This document shows, piece by piece, positions 1 through 9,433 of a stretch of DNA of 41,657 bases. Both the position numbers and the translations under genes were made by a program. Under the pieces are notes generated by a model. That model did no database searches. It had not been told where the DNA came from and was given only the letters and a program-made list of their open reading frames with translations. The DNA is from Escherichia coli (lineage in GTDB: Bacteria; Pseudomonadota; Gammaproteobacteria; Enterobacterales; Enterobacteriaceae): NCBI RefSeq assembly GCF_003334315.1, contig NZ_QOWR01000044.1. One strand, 5' to 3'. Numbering within the stretch: the first letter of the stretch is position 1; each line of letters starts with the position of its first letter.

Positions 1-261
1 CTTGTCGCGTCTTATCATGCCTACAGGTTTGTGCCGAACCGTAGGCCGGATAAGGCGTTCACGCCGCATCCGGCAGTTGGCGCACAATGCCTGATGCGAC
101 GCTTGACGCGTCTTATCATGCCTACAAGTCTGTGCCGAACCGTAGGCCGGATAAGGCGTTCACGCCGCATCCGGCAGTCGGCGCATAATGCCTGATGCGA
201 CGCTTGTCGCGTCTTATCATGCCTACAAGTCTGTGCCGAACCGTAGGCCGTATCCGGCATG
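1..261. repeat. BIME/REP array of three tandem ~101-bp units (starting at 1, 102 and 203), each built from inverted REP palindromes
   Basis: CTTG(T/A)CGCGTCTTATCATGCCTACA...GTAGGCCGGATAAGGCGTTCACGCCGCATCCGGCA...GCCTGATGCGACG recurs with a 101-bp period. The third unit carries an internally shortened REP (GTAGGCCGTATCCGGCAT). This is the classic enterobacterial REP consensus. Confidence 0.9.
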
Positions 262-1125
262 TCACAAATAGAGCGCCGGAAATATCAACCGGCTCACCCC
301 GCGCACCTTTAACGCATCAGCCAACGGCTCAACGTCTTCCGGCGTGGCGCTCGCCCAGCTTTGCGCCTCGCCATACACGCCGTGGGCATGAAACGCGTTC
401 AGGCGTACCGGAACATCGCCAAGTCCCTTGATAAACACCGCCAGTTCTTCGATGTGTTGCAAATAATCCACCTGGCCAGGGATTACCAGCAAACGCAGTT
501 CCGCCAGCTTACCGCGCTCTGCCAGCAAACAGATGCTGCGCTTAATCTGCTGATTATCGCGTCCGGTTAATTGTTGATGACATTCGCTCCCCCACGCTTT
601 GAGATCGAGCATTGCGCCGTCACACACCGGGAGTAATTTTTCCCAGCCGGTTTCGCTCAACATACCGTTACTGTCCACCAGACAGGTGAGATGGCGCAGT
701 TGCGGATCGTTTTTGATAGCAGTAAACAGCGCCACTACAAACGGCAGTTGGGTCGTGGCTTCGCCGCCGCTTACCGTTATCCCTTCAATAAACAGCACCG
801 CTTTGCGGACATGGCTAAGCACTTCGTCCACGCTCATGGATTGCGCCATCGGCGTGGCATGTTGCGGACACCTCTTCAGGCAGGTATCACACTGCTCGCA
901 GACCGCAGCGTTCCACACCACTTTGCCGTCAACAATCTGCAACGCCTGATGCGGACACTGTGGCACGCACTCTCCGCAATGATTACAGCGCCCCATCGTC
1001 CACGGATTGTGACAGTTTTTGCAGCGCAGATTGCAGCCCTGCAAAAACAGAGCCAGACGACTGCCTGGCCCGTCAACGCAGGAGAAGGGGATAATCTTAC
1101 TGACTAAAGCGCATCTGCTGTTCAT
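262..1125 (-). CDS. yjjW: Glycyl-radical enzyme activating enzyme (radical SAM), YjjW family
   Basis: 287-aa ORF. It has the radical-SAM CX3CX2C motif ([12 protein letters not shown]) and two ferredoxin-like Cys clusters ([12 protein letters not shown] and [12 protein letters not shown]). It lies directly downstream of yjjI and overlaps it. I recognise it as E. coli YjjW. Confidence 0.95.
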   Translation of the reverse strand: MNSRCALVSKIIPFSCVDGPGSRLALFLQGCNLRCKNCHNPWTMGRCNHCGECVPQCPHQALQIVDGKVVWNAAVCEQCDTCLKRCPQHATPMAQSMSVDEVLSHVRKAVLFIEGITVSGGEATTQLPFVVALFTAIKNDPQLRHLTCLVDSNGMLSETGWEKLLPVCDGAMLDLKAWGSECHQQLTGRDNQQIKRSICLLAERGKLAELRLLVIPGQVDYLQHIEELAVFIKGLGDVPVRLNAFHAHGVYGEAQSWASATPEDVEPLADALKVRGVSRLIFPALYL

Positions 1126-2647
1126 GGCTTATCACGCGCGGCTGGCGTTCCAGAATACGAGTGTTGCGTGCGGCTTCTTCGCCCAGCCAGGTGGTGTTGG
1201 TGCGTGAACCTTCGGCGCGATATTTTTCTAAATCCGACAAACGCACCATATAACCGGTAACGCGAACCAGATCGTTACCGCTGACATTGGCGGTAAATTC
1301 ACGCATTCCGGCTTTAAAGGCACCGAGGCAAAGCTGTACCAGCGCCTGCGGATTACGTTTGATGGTTTCGTCGAGCGTCAGAATGTCGCTGATGCCGGAA
1401 TAATAATAAGCATGATGCGGGGCGACAGTTTGCAGATGGGTGATCGGATCTGGCTCATCGCCATAGGGTAAACGCGCGCCCGGCGTGGTGCCGATATCGG
1501 AACTGATCCCCGACTGTGCGTGTAACATGGCGCGTTTTTGCCAGCCATATTTCACGGGGGTATTGGCGACAAACTCCGCCAGTTGCGCGCTGATGCGATA
1601 ACCCACTTCATTTGCGGCGGCTTCTTTACCGTAGCGCGCGGCAATCCCTTCTTTCTCACACAGCAAGTTAACCGCTTCCGCCAGCCCATACATGCCAAAC
1701 ATTGGCACAAAACGTTCAGGGTTAATCAGCCCTTCTTTCACCAGGAAGCTATTCTCAAAGAAGTGTGATTGTTGATAGAGGAATTCACACCGCGCATCGA
1801 TGATGGCGATCTGCTGCTGGCAGTAGTGCGGTAGAGTGCGCGTAAAGAAGTCATCCAGCGATTCGCTGCGCTCGGCAATGGCTTTCAGGTTAAGGCGTAC
1901 CAGCGTGCTGCCACCACCCGCCAGCGGCAGTGAGTTGTAACAGCTCACAATCCCGTAGCCCCCTTTTGTGAAAATTTTATCATGCACCGGACCGTTGGCG
2001 ATGTGCGGTTTGCTACATTCACAGATGTTCTTCGCCACTTCCAGCAGCAGGTCATCAGGGGTGATTTCTGGATCGTAGATAAAGGTCAGGTTCGGTGAAA
2101 CCTGCTTCAACTCTGCATCTGCACGTAATATCGCACGGGTGATGGGCGAATCAGACGGGCCGATATTGGCGTGCATAAAGGCGTCTGGCAGGGTTCTGTC
2201 GAGGTAACGCCAGAAACGTTTTATTCGAATATCGATCTCGTCTTGTGTTAGAATTCTAACATACGGTTGCAACAACGCATCCAGTTGCCCCAGGTAGACC
2301 GGCATCGATGTGACCGACGGTACGTGGTGGTAAAGAATGGTCAGCAGAGAGAGTGCGTCATCAAGATCTTTCGCGCCTTCCAGCTCCAGCCATTCGGAAC
2401 CGTTCGCCAGAAAACGGGCGTAATCGGGTAAGACATAGCGCGGTTTGTACGGCGCATGACCTTCAAACATATCGCAGATTACACCCTCATCCAGCGCGCG
2501 GCGGGCCTCGGCAGGCAGCTGCGGATAAGGCAGATTGTTTTCTGCTTCCAGTGCCAGAAAATGGCGCTTCTGCTCCGGGCTAAGCACTGGGCTGGTGACA
2601 ATTTGCTGGCAACGTTGTTGCAGTGCATTTTCATGAGAAGTGGGCAT
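1097..2647 (-). CDS. yjjI: Short glycyl-radical-type enzyme of unknown substrate, YjjI family (DUF3029)
   Basis: 516-aa ORF with a C-terminal glycyl-radical fingerprint, [10 protein letters not shown] (RVxGY type). Its last 29 nt overlap the start of yjjW. I recognise it as E. coli YjjI. Confidence 0.95.
   Translation of the reverse strand: MPTSHENALQQRCQQIVTSPVLSPEQKRHFLALEAENNLPYPQLPAEARRALDEGVICDMFEGHAPYKPRYVLPDYARFLANGSEWLELEGAKDLDDALSLLTILYHHVPSVTSMPVYLGQLDALLQPYVRILTQDEIDIRIKRFWRYLDRTLPDAFMHANIGPSDSPITRAILRADAELKQVSPNLTFIYDPEITPDDLLLEVAKNICECSKPHIANGPVHDKIFTKGGYGIVSCYNSLPLAGGGSTLVRLNLKAIAERSESLDDFFTRTLPHYCQQQIAIIDARCEFLYQQSHFFENSFLVKEGLINPERFVPMFGMYGLAEAVNLLCEKEGIAARYGKEAAANEVGYRISAQLAEFVANTPVKYGWQKRAMLHAQSGISSDIGTTPGARLPYGDEPDPITHLQTVAPHHAYYYSGISDILTLDETIKRNPQALVQLCLGAFKAGMREFTANVSGNDLVRVTGYMVRLSDLEKYRAEGSRTNTTWLGEEAARNTRILERQPRVISHEQQMRFSQ
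2246..2261 (+). promoter_or_regulatory. DeoR operator O1 at the deoP1 promoter
   Basis: Perfect 16-bp palindrome TGTTAGAATTCTAACA containing a TAGAAT -10 hexamer (2249-2254). It lies exactly 599 bp upstream of the O2 copy at 2845, which matches the published O1-O2 spacing. It sits inside the yjjI coding sequence on the opposite strand. Confidence 0.85.
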
Positions 2648-2755
2648 CTTCTTTTCCTTTTATGCCGAAGGTGATGCGCCATTGTAAGAAGTTTCGTGAT
2701 GTTCACTTTGATCCTGATGCGTTTGCCACCACTGACGCATTCATTTGAAAGTGAA

Positions 2756-2777
2756 TTATTTGAACCAGATCGCATTA
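2756..2777 (+). promoter_or_regulatory. deoP2 distal CRP site (CRP-2)
   Basis: TTATTTGAACCAGATCGCATTA (TTTGA-N6-TCGCA). Its centre is 93.5 bp upstream of the start site predicted from the TAGAAT -10, which matches the published -93.5 position. Confidence 0.7.
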
Positions 2778-2808
2778 CAGTGATGCAAACTTGTAAGTAG
2801 ATTTCCTT

Positions 2809-2830
2809 AATTGTGATGTATATCGAAGTG
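2809..2830 (+). promoter_or_regulatory. deoP2 proximal CRP site (CRP-1); the CytR-controlled region lies between CRP-1 and CRP-2
   Basis: TGTGA-N6-TCGAA, with TGTGA at 2812-2816. Its centre is 40.5 bp upstream of the predicted start near 2860. Confidence 0.7.
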
Positions 2831-2844
2831 TGTTGCGGAGTAGA

Positions 2845-2860
2845 TGTTAGAATACTAACA
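2845..2860 (+). promoter_or_regulatory. DeoR operator O2 overlapping the deoP2 -10
   Basis: TGTTAGAATACTAACA, a 15/16 palindrome related to O1. The TAGAAT -10 is at 2848-2853, about 45 bp upstream of the deoC ATG. Confidence 0.85.
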
Positions 2861-2904
2861 AACTCGCAAGGTGAATTTTATTGGCGACAAGCCAGGAGAA
2901 TGAA

Positions 2905-3684
2905 ATGACTGATCTGAAAGCAAGCAGCCTGCGTGCACTGAAATTAATGGACCTGACCACCCTGAATGACGACGACACCGACGAGAAAGTAATTGCTCTG
3001 TGTCATCAGGCCAAAACCCCGGTCGGCAATACCGCCGCTATCTGTATCTATCCTCGCTTTATCCCGATTGCTCGCAAAACGCTGAAAGAGCAGGGCACCC
3101 CGGAAATCCGAATCGCTACGGTAACCAACTTCCCACACGGTAACGATGACATCGAAATCGCGCTGGCAGAAACCCGTGCGGCAATCGCCTACGGTGCAGA
3201 TGAAGTTGACGTTGTGTTCCCGTACCGCGCGCTGATGGCGGGTAACGAGCAGGTTGGTTTTGACCTGGTGAAAGCCTGTAAAGAGGCTTGCGCGGCAGCG
3301 AATGTACTGCTGAAAGTGATCATCGAAACCGGCGAACTGAAAGACGAAGCGCTGATCCGTAAAGCGTCTGAAATCTCCATCAAAGCGGGTGCGGACTTCA
3401 TCAAAACCTCTACCGGTAAAGTGGCTGTGAACGCGACGCCGGAAAGCGCGCGCATCATGATGGAAGTGATCCGTGATATGGGCGTAGAAAAAACCGTTGG
3501 TTTCAAACCGGCGGGCGGCGTGCGTACTGCGGAAGATGCGCAGAAATATCTCGCCATCGCAGATGAACTGTTCGGTGCTGACTGGGCTGATGCGCGTCAC
3601 TACCGCTTTGGTGCTTCCAGCCTGCTGGCAAGCCTGCTGAAAGCGCTGGGCCACGGCGACGGTAAGAGCGCCAGCAGCTACTAA
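2905..3684 (+). CDS. deoC: Deoxyribose-phosphate aldolase
   Basis: 259 aa starting [29 protein letters not shown], with the Schiff-base region [15 protein letters not shown] lies 6 nt upstream of the ATG at 2905. The ORF-track start at 2881 (TTG) is an over-extension. Confidence 0.97.
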
Positions 3685-3698
3685 GTAAGATGCTTTAC

Positions 3699-3774
3699 GC
3701 CTGATGCGCTGCGCTTATCAGGCCTACGAGACGTATCTACCCGTAGGCCGGATAAGGCGTAGACGCATCCGGCA
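3699..3774. repeat. BIME (two inverted REP elements) between deoC and deoA
   Basis: GCCTGATGCGCTGCGCTTATCAGGCCTAC (3699-3727) and GTAGGCCGGATAAGGCGTAGACGCATCCGGCA (3743-3774). Confidence 0.9.
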
Positions 3775-3810
3775 AAAGCCGCCTCATACTCTTTTCCTCG
3801 GGAGGTTACC

Positions 3811-5133
3811 TTGTTTCTCGCACAAGAAATTATTCGTAAAAAACGTGATGGTCATGCGCTAAGCGATGAAGAAATTCGTTTCTTTATCAACGGTATTCGC
3901 GACAACACTATCTCCGAAGGGCAGATTGCCGCCCTCGCGATGACCATTTTCTTCCACGATATGACAATGCCTGAGCGTGTCTCGCTGACCATGGCGATGC
4001 GAGATTCAGGAACCGTTCTCGACTGGAAAAGCCTGCATCTGAATGGCCCGATTGTTGATAAACACTCCACCGGCGGCGTCGGCGATGTGACTTCGCTGAT
4101 GTTGGGGCCGATGGTCGCAGCCTGCGGCGGCTATATTCCGATGATCTCTGGTCGCGGCCTCGGTCATACTGGCGGTACGCTCGACAAACTGGAATCCATC
4201 CCTGGCTTCGACATTTTCCCGGATGACAACCGTTTCCGCGAAATTATTAAAGACGTCGGCGTGGCGATTATCGGCCAGACCAGCTCACTGGCTCCGGCAG
4301 ATAAACGTTTCTACGCGACCCGCGATATTACCGCAACCGTGGACTCCATCCCGCTGATCACTGCCTCGATCCTGGCGAAGAAACTGGCGGAAGGTCTGGA
4401 TGCGCTGGTGATGGACGTGAAAGTGGGTAGCGGCGCGTTTATGCCGACCTACGAACTCTCTGAAGCCCTTGCCGAAGCGATTGTTGGCGTGGCTAACGGC
4501 GCTGGCGTGCGCACCACCGCGCTGCTCACCGACATGAATCAGGTACTGGCCTCCAGTGCAGGTAACGCGGTTGAAGTTCGTGAAGCGGTGCAGTTCCTGA
4601 CGGGTGAATATCGTAACCCGCGTCTGTTTGATGTCACGATGGCGCTGTGCGTGGAGATGCTGATCTCCGGCAAACTGGCGAAAGATGACGCCGAAGCGCG
4701 CGCGAAATTGCAGGCGGTGCTGGACAACGGTAAAGCGGCAGAAGTCTTTGGTCGTATGGTAGCGGCACAAAAAGGCCCGACCGACTTCGTTGAGAACTAC
4801 GCGAAGTATCTGCCGACAGCGATGCTGACGAAAGCAGTCTATGCTGATACCGAAGGTTTTGTCAGTGAAATGGATACCCGCGCGCTGGGGATGGCAGTGG
4901 TTGCAATGGGCGGCGGTCGTCGTCAGGCATCTGACACCATTGATTACAGCGTCGGCTTTACTGATATGGCGCGTTTGGGCGACCAGGTAGACGGTCAGCG
5001 TCCGCTGGCGGTTATCCACGCGAAAGACGAAAACAGCTGGCAGGAAGCGGCGAAAGCGGTGAAAGCGGCAATTAAACTTGCCGATAAAGCACCGGAAAGC
5101 ACACCAACTGTCTATCGCCGTATCAGCGAATAA
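3811..5133 (+). CDS. deoA: Thymidine phosphorylase (TTG start)
   Basis: 440 aa starting [29 protein letters not shown] and containing [14 protein letters not shown] lies upstream of the TTG. Recognised as DeoA. Confidence 0.97.
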
Positions 5134-5163
5134 CGGTATACTGATCTGATCATTTAAATTTGA

Positions 5164-6408
<1,245 letters not shown>

Positions 6409-6464
6409 TGGATTTGGGCGGAGCGTTGACTCCGCCTTTGTTATGTCACAAAAAGGATAAAACA

Positions 6465-7184
6465 ATGGCTACCCCACACATTAATGCAGAAATGGGCGAT
6501 TTCGCTGACGTAGTTTTGATGCCAGGCGACCCGCTGCGTGCGAAGTATATTGCTGAAACTTTCCTTGAAGATGCCCGTGAAGTGAACAACGTTCGCGGTA
6601 TGCTGGGCTTCACCGGTACTTACAAAGGCCGCAAAATTTCCGTAATGGGTCACGGTATGGGTATCCCGTCCTGCTCCATCTACACCAAAGAACTGATCAC
6701 CGATTTCGGCGTGAAGAAAATTATCCGCGTGGGTTCCTGTGGCGCAGTTCTGCCGCACGTAAAACTACGCGACGTCGTTATCGGTATGGGTGCCTGCACC
6801 GATTCCAAAGTTAACCGCATCCGTTTTAAAGACCATGACTTTGCCGCTATCGCTGACTTTGACATGGTGCGTAACGCGGTAGACGCGGCTAAAGCACTGG
6901 GCGTTGATGCTCGCGTGGGTAACCTGTTCTCCGCTGACCTGTTCTACTCTCCGGACGGCGAAATGTTCGACGTGATGGAAAAATACGGCATCCTCGGCGT
7001 GGAAATGGAAGCGGCTGGTATCTACGGCGTCGCTGCAGAATTTGGCGCGAAAGCCCTGACCATCTGCACCGTGTCTGACCACATCCGCACTCACGAGCAG
7101 ACCACTGCCGCTGAGCGTCAGACCACCTTCAACGACATGATCAAAATCGCACTGGAATCCGTTCTGCTGGGCGATAAAGAGTAA
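6465..7184 (+). CDS. deoD: Purine nucleoside phosphorylase
   Basis: 239 aa starting [38 protein letters not shown] lies upstream of the ATG at 6465. The ORF-track start at 6408 overlaps the deoB stop and is an over-extension. Confidence 0.97.
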   Translation: MATPHINAEMGDFADVVLMPGDPLRAKYIAETFLEDAREVNNVRGMLGFTGTYKGRKISVMGHGMGIPSCSIYTKELITDFGVKKIIRVGSCGAVLPHVKLRDVVIGMGACTDSKVNRIRFKDHDFAAIADFDMVRNAVDAAKALGVDARVGNLFSADLFYSPDGEMFDVMEKYGILGVEMEAAGIYGVAAEFGAKALTICTVSDHIRTHEQTTAAERQTTFNDMIKIALESVLLGDKE

Positions 7185-7216
7185 TTGTGTTTCGCTGAAA
7201 GGCGAACGTCGTGTTA

Positions 7217-7246
7217 AGCCGGAGCAGGAGACTGCTCCGGCTTTTT
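7217..7246 (+). terminator. Intrinsic terminator of the deo operon
   Basis: Stem AGCCGGAGCAG (7217-7227), loop GAGA, stem CTGCTCCGGCT (7232-7242), followed by TTTT. Confidence 0.85.
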
Positions 7247-7344
7247 AGTATCTATTCATCAATAGCAACTGATTTATAGATTTACTATTATTTTTCATAT
7301 GGATAGAAAATAAAATCCATTCAAGTATCTATTCACGAATCTAT

Positions 7345-7608
7345 TCATTTATGTTCAGCCGTCATCCAGGAAGGGCATATCAGCAACTCTGGTGGACAAC
7401 CATAAATTTCTGCCATTTTGCTTTTGATGTTTGAGCTAAGCCGTTCCGTCTTTTCGATCTGTTTTAGAGAATTAATCGAGATACCTAACATTTTACTTAC
7501 TTCAGCAAGCGATAATTTATGCCTGATACGCACGGCGGCTAGCCAGGATATACCCTGGCTTAACATTAAATTGATAATCTCCCGCTCCTGGTTTTCCAGA
7601 TCGATCAT
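7345..7608 (-). CDS. Small XRE/Cro-C1-family helix-turn-helix protein (87 aa); orphan regulator or antitoxin-like protein
   Basis: Central HTH signature LSLAEVSKMLGISINSLKQIEK, followed by MAEIYGCPPELL. A strong SD (AAGGAAGGG) lies 3 nt upstream of the ATG. The start is 31 bp downstream of the lplA stop on the same strand. The CDS is about 41% G+C by hand count, lower than its neighbours. Confidence 0.75.
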   Translation of the reverse strand: MIDLENQEREIINLMLSQGISWLAAVRIRHKLSLAEVSKMLGISINSLKQIEKTERLSSNIKSKMAEIYGCPPELLICPSWMTAEHK

Positions 7609-7639
7609 ATTCCCTTCCTTTGGTATTTTAATCAGCGAG

Positions 7640-8656
7640 TTACCTTACCGCCCCCGCTATCCACGTCGACAACTCCCGTAGCTCTTTTTCCTGGTCCGGG
7701 AAGTCAACCAACAGCGCTTCGCACTCTTGTTGCAGCATATCCGCGCGGTACAGGCAGCCTTGCAGTCGCCCGGCGAGGGCTTCCAGCGGCGCGGGGTTGA
7801 GGCTGTCGGTAAACACCTGGGCGCGGGTGATATGGCCTTTTTCAACGTCGAAATGCAGTTCCACGCCGCCCCAGCTAAAGCGTTCATCCAGCAGATGCGA
7901 GAATGCCGGAGCCTGACCGAAGTTCCATTCCCAGCTACTCTGACGGGCAAAGGTTTCGGCGAAGTTTGGCAAGTCTGGCGTTTTGTCCGGGGAGATGATT
8001 TCCGCTTCTACACGCTCGCCATAATGGGCGAAAAAGGCCTTGGTTATGGCCTCGCAAACCTGCTCATGGGTGATCCCCGGCAACAGCTCGGTGAGGTTGG
8101 TCACGCGGGAACGTACCGACGTAATGCCTTTCGCCGCCAGTTTCTTTTTATCCGGATTGAGATAGTTTGCCAGGCGGCTAAGGTCGGCATTGAGCAGCAA
8201 GGTGCCGTGGTGGAAGCCACGATCTTTGGTTTCGCGATAGGCCGATCCTGAGACTTTGCGGTCGCCTTCGACTGTTTTCACCACCAGATCGTTACGCCCG
8301 GACGCTTCGGCGCTGACGCCGAGCGCGTTCAGCGCATTGAGCACAATCGACGTAGAGATGGTTTTATCGTACTCCGGCTTGCCAGCCATAAAGGTAAAGC
8401 AGGTATTGCCGAGATCGTGGAACACCGCGCCGCCACCGCTACTGCGCCGCGCCAGGCGGACGTTATCTTCTTCCATCCGCCGGGTATTACACTCTTTCCA
8501 CGGGTTCTGCGCGCGACCAATCACTACCGTGTCGGCATTGCGCCAGAGAAACAGAACGCGCTGCGTGGCGGGCATTTGGCGAAAAATACACTCTTCCACC
8601 GCCAGGTTAAACCACGGGTCGTAAGAGTCAGAGATGAGCAGGCGTAATATGGACAT
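7640..8656 (-). CDS. lplA: Lipoate-protein ligase A
   Basis: 338 aa starting [25 protein letters not shown], containing [15 protein letters not shown] and RKVSGSAYR. Recognised as LplA. Confidence 0.97.
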   Translation of the reverse strand: MSILRLLISDSYDPWFNLAVEECIFRQMPATQRVLFLWRNADTVVIGRAQNPWKECNTRRMEEDNVRLARRSSGGGAVFHDLGNTCFTFMAGKPEYDKTISTSIVLNALNALGVSAEASGRNDLVVKTVEGDRKVSGSAYRETKDRGFHHGTLLLNADLSRLANYLNPDKKKLAAKGITSVRSRVTNLTELLPGITHEQVCEAITKAFFAHYGERVEAEIISPDKTPDLPNFAETFARQSSWEWNFGQAPAFSHLLDERFSWGGVELHFDVEKGHITRAQVFTDSLNPAPLEALAGRLQGCLYRADMLQQECEALLVDFPDQEKELRELSTWIAGAVR

Positions 8657-8683
8657 AACGATTTCCTTTCTTGTAGTAATGGG

Positions 8684-9328
8684 TCACTCTTTTTTCTCGC
8701 TTTCTTCCTCTTCCGGCACCGGTTTGCTGGCGGTTAACAGGAAGGGCGATTGCTGCCAGCGGGTGCGTTTACCCTGTAGCAGCGTGCGGGTCAGCACTAC
8801 GCCGATTGCCAGTGAGAGCAGCAACATCAGGCGTAAAATGTTAGTGGTGTTATCCACCTGTTGGGCTTCGGTGGCGAGCGTATGGGTGTCGAGTGTCAGG
8901 CGCAGATAGCCGAGCGGTCCGTTTTTACCCGCAATTGGCTCGACAATCTGCTGGTTAAAATAGCCGCCTGCTTTTTTACCGTCGAGCGCCAGCCGGTCGC
9001 GCACTTCGACGCTTTCGCCTGAACGGGCGATAAGATCGCCTTGTTCGTCATACACACCCGCGTCGAGGATGCGGCTTTCATCCGTTAACTGATCGAGGAT
9101 CGCCTGAATGCGTTTTTCATCTGGTGAGTCGGTACGCATCAGCGGTGCAACGTTCAGCGTTACCTGACGCGCCAGGGTGCGGGCCAGTTCTTCCAGCTGT
9201 GGATTACGTTGTCGCTGGTGGTTTTGACTAAACCATGACGCTCCCTGCATCAGCGCCACTAACAAGGCAAGACAGAACAGGACAATCACTGCCCGATGCA
9301 GCCGGAATTTCAGTTTTGTGCGAGCCAT
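8684..9328 (-). CDS. ytjB: SMP-family inner-membrane protein
   Basis: 214 aa starting MARTKLKFRLHRAVIVLFCLALLVALMQ, with N- and C-terminal hydrophobic segments. It is divergent from serB. Recognised as YtjB (Smp). Confidence 0.93.
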   Translation of the reverse strand: MARTKLKFRLHRAVIVLFCLALLVALMQGASWFSQNHQRQRNPQLEELARTLARQVTLNVAPLMRTDSPDEKRIQAILDQLTDESRILDAGVYDEQGDLIARSGESVEVRDRLALDGKKAGGYFNQQIVEPIAGKNGPLGYLRLTLDTHTLATEAQQVDNTTNILRLMLLLSLAIGVVLTRTLLQGKRTRWQQSPFLLTASKPVPEEEESEKKE

Positions 9329-9433
9329 CTTCCACCCTTTGAAAATTTGAGACTTAATGTTGCCAGAAGCAATGGATACAAGGTAGCCTCATGCGTTATT
9401 TTCCCTGCTTCGAACGATTTTACAGGAGCCTTA

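Noticed and set aside
1-261. Whether the regularly spaced repeats here, and at 13233-13383 and 17629-17774, could be CRISPR arrays
   Set aside because: The repeated units are canonical REP/BIME palindromes. The sequences that would be spacers are themselves repeated, there are at most three units, and there are no cas genes or leader.
21-431. ORFs of 79 aa (minus strand) and 78 aa (plus strand) inside the first BIME array
   Set aside because: They are translations of tandem REP palindromes (repetitive Arg/Cys/His-rich text such as RIRHCAPTAGC) and not genes.
1368-1390. Search for the third DeoR operator (OE), reported about 878 bp upstream of O1
   Set aside because: At the expected distance I find only a half-site-like GTCAGAA (1377-1383) and no convincing 16-bp palindrome. 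I cannot support a call from sequence alone.
7245-7298. 17-codon minus-strand ORF (MKNNSKSINQLLLMNRY) downstream of the orphan HTH gene, considered as a possible small toxin partner
   Set aside because: It has no SD, is not hydrophobic like type I toxins, and is too short for a RelE/HigB/HipA-type toxin. An open frame of this length is expected by chance in AT-rich DNA.
7418-7681. 87-aa plus-strand ORF antisense to the HTH gene and the lplA 3' end
   Set aside because: It has no SD, its sequence is low-complexity and Ser/Ile/Leu-rich, and it overlaps two better-supported genes. The minus-strand ORF has the HTH motif and the strong SD.
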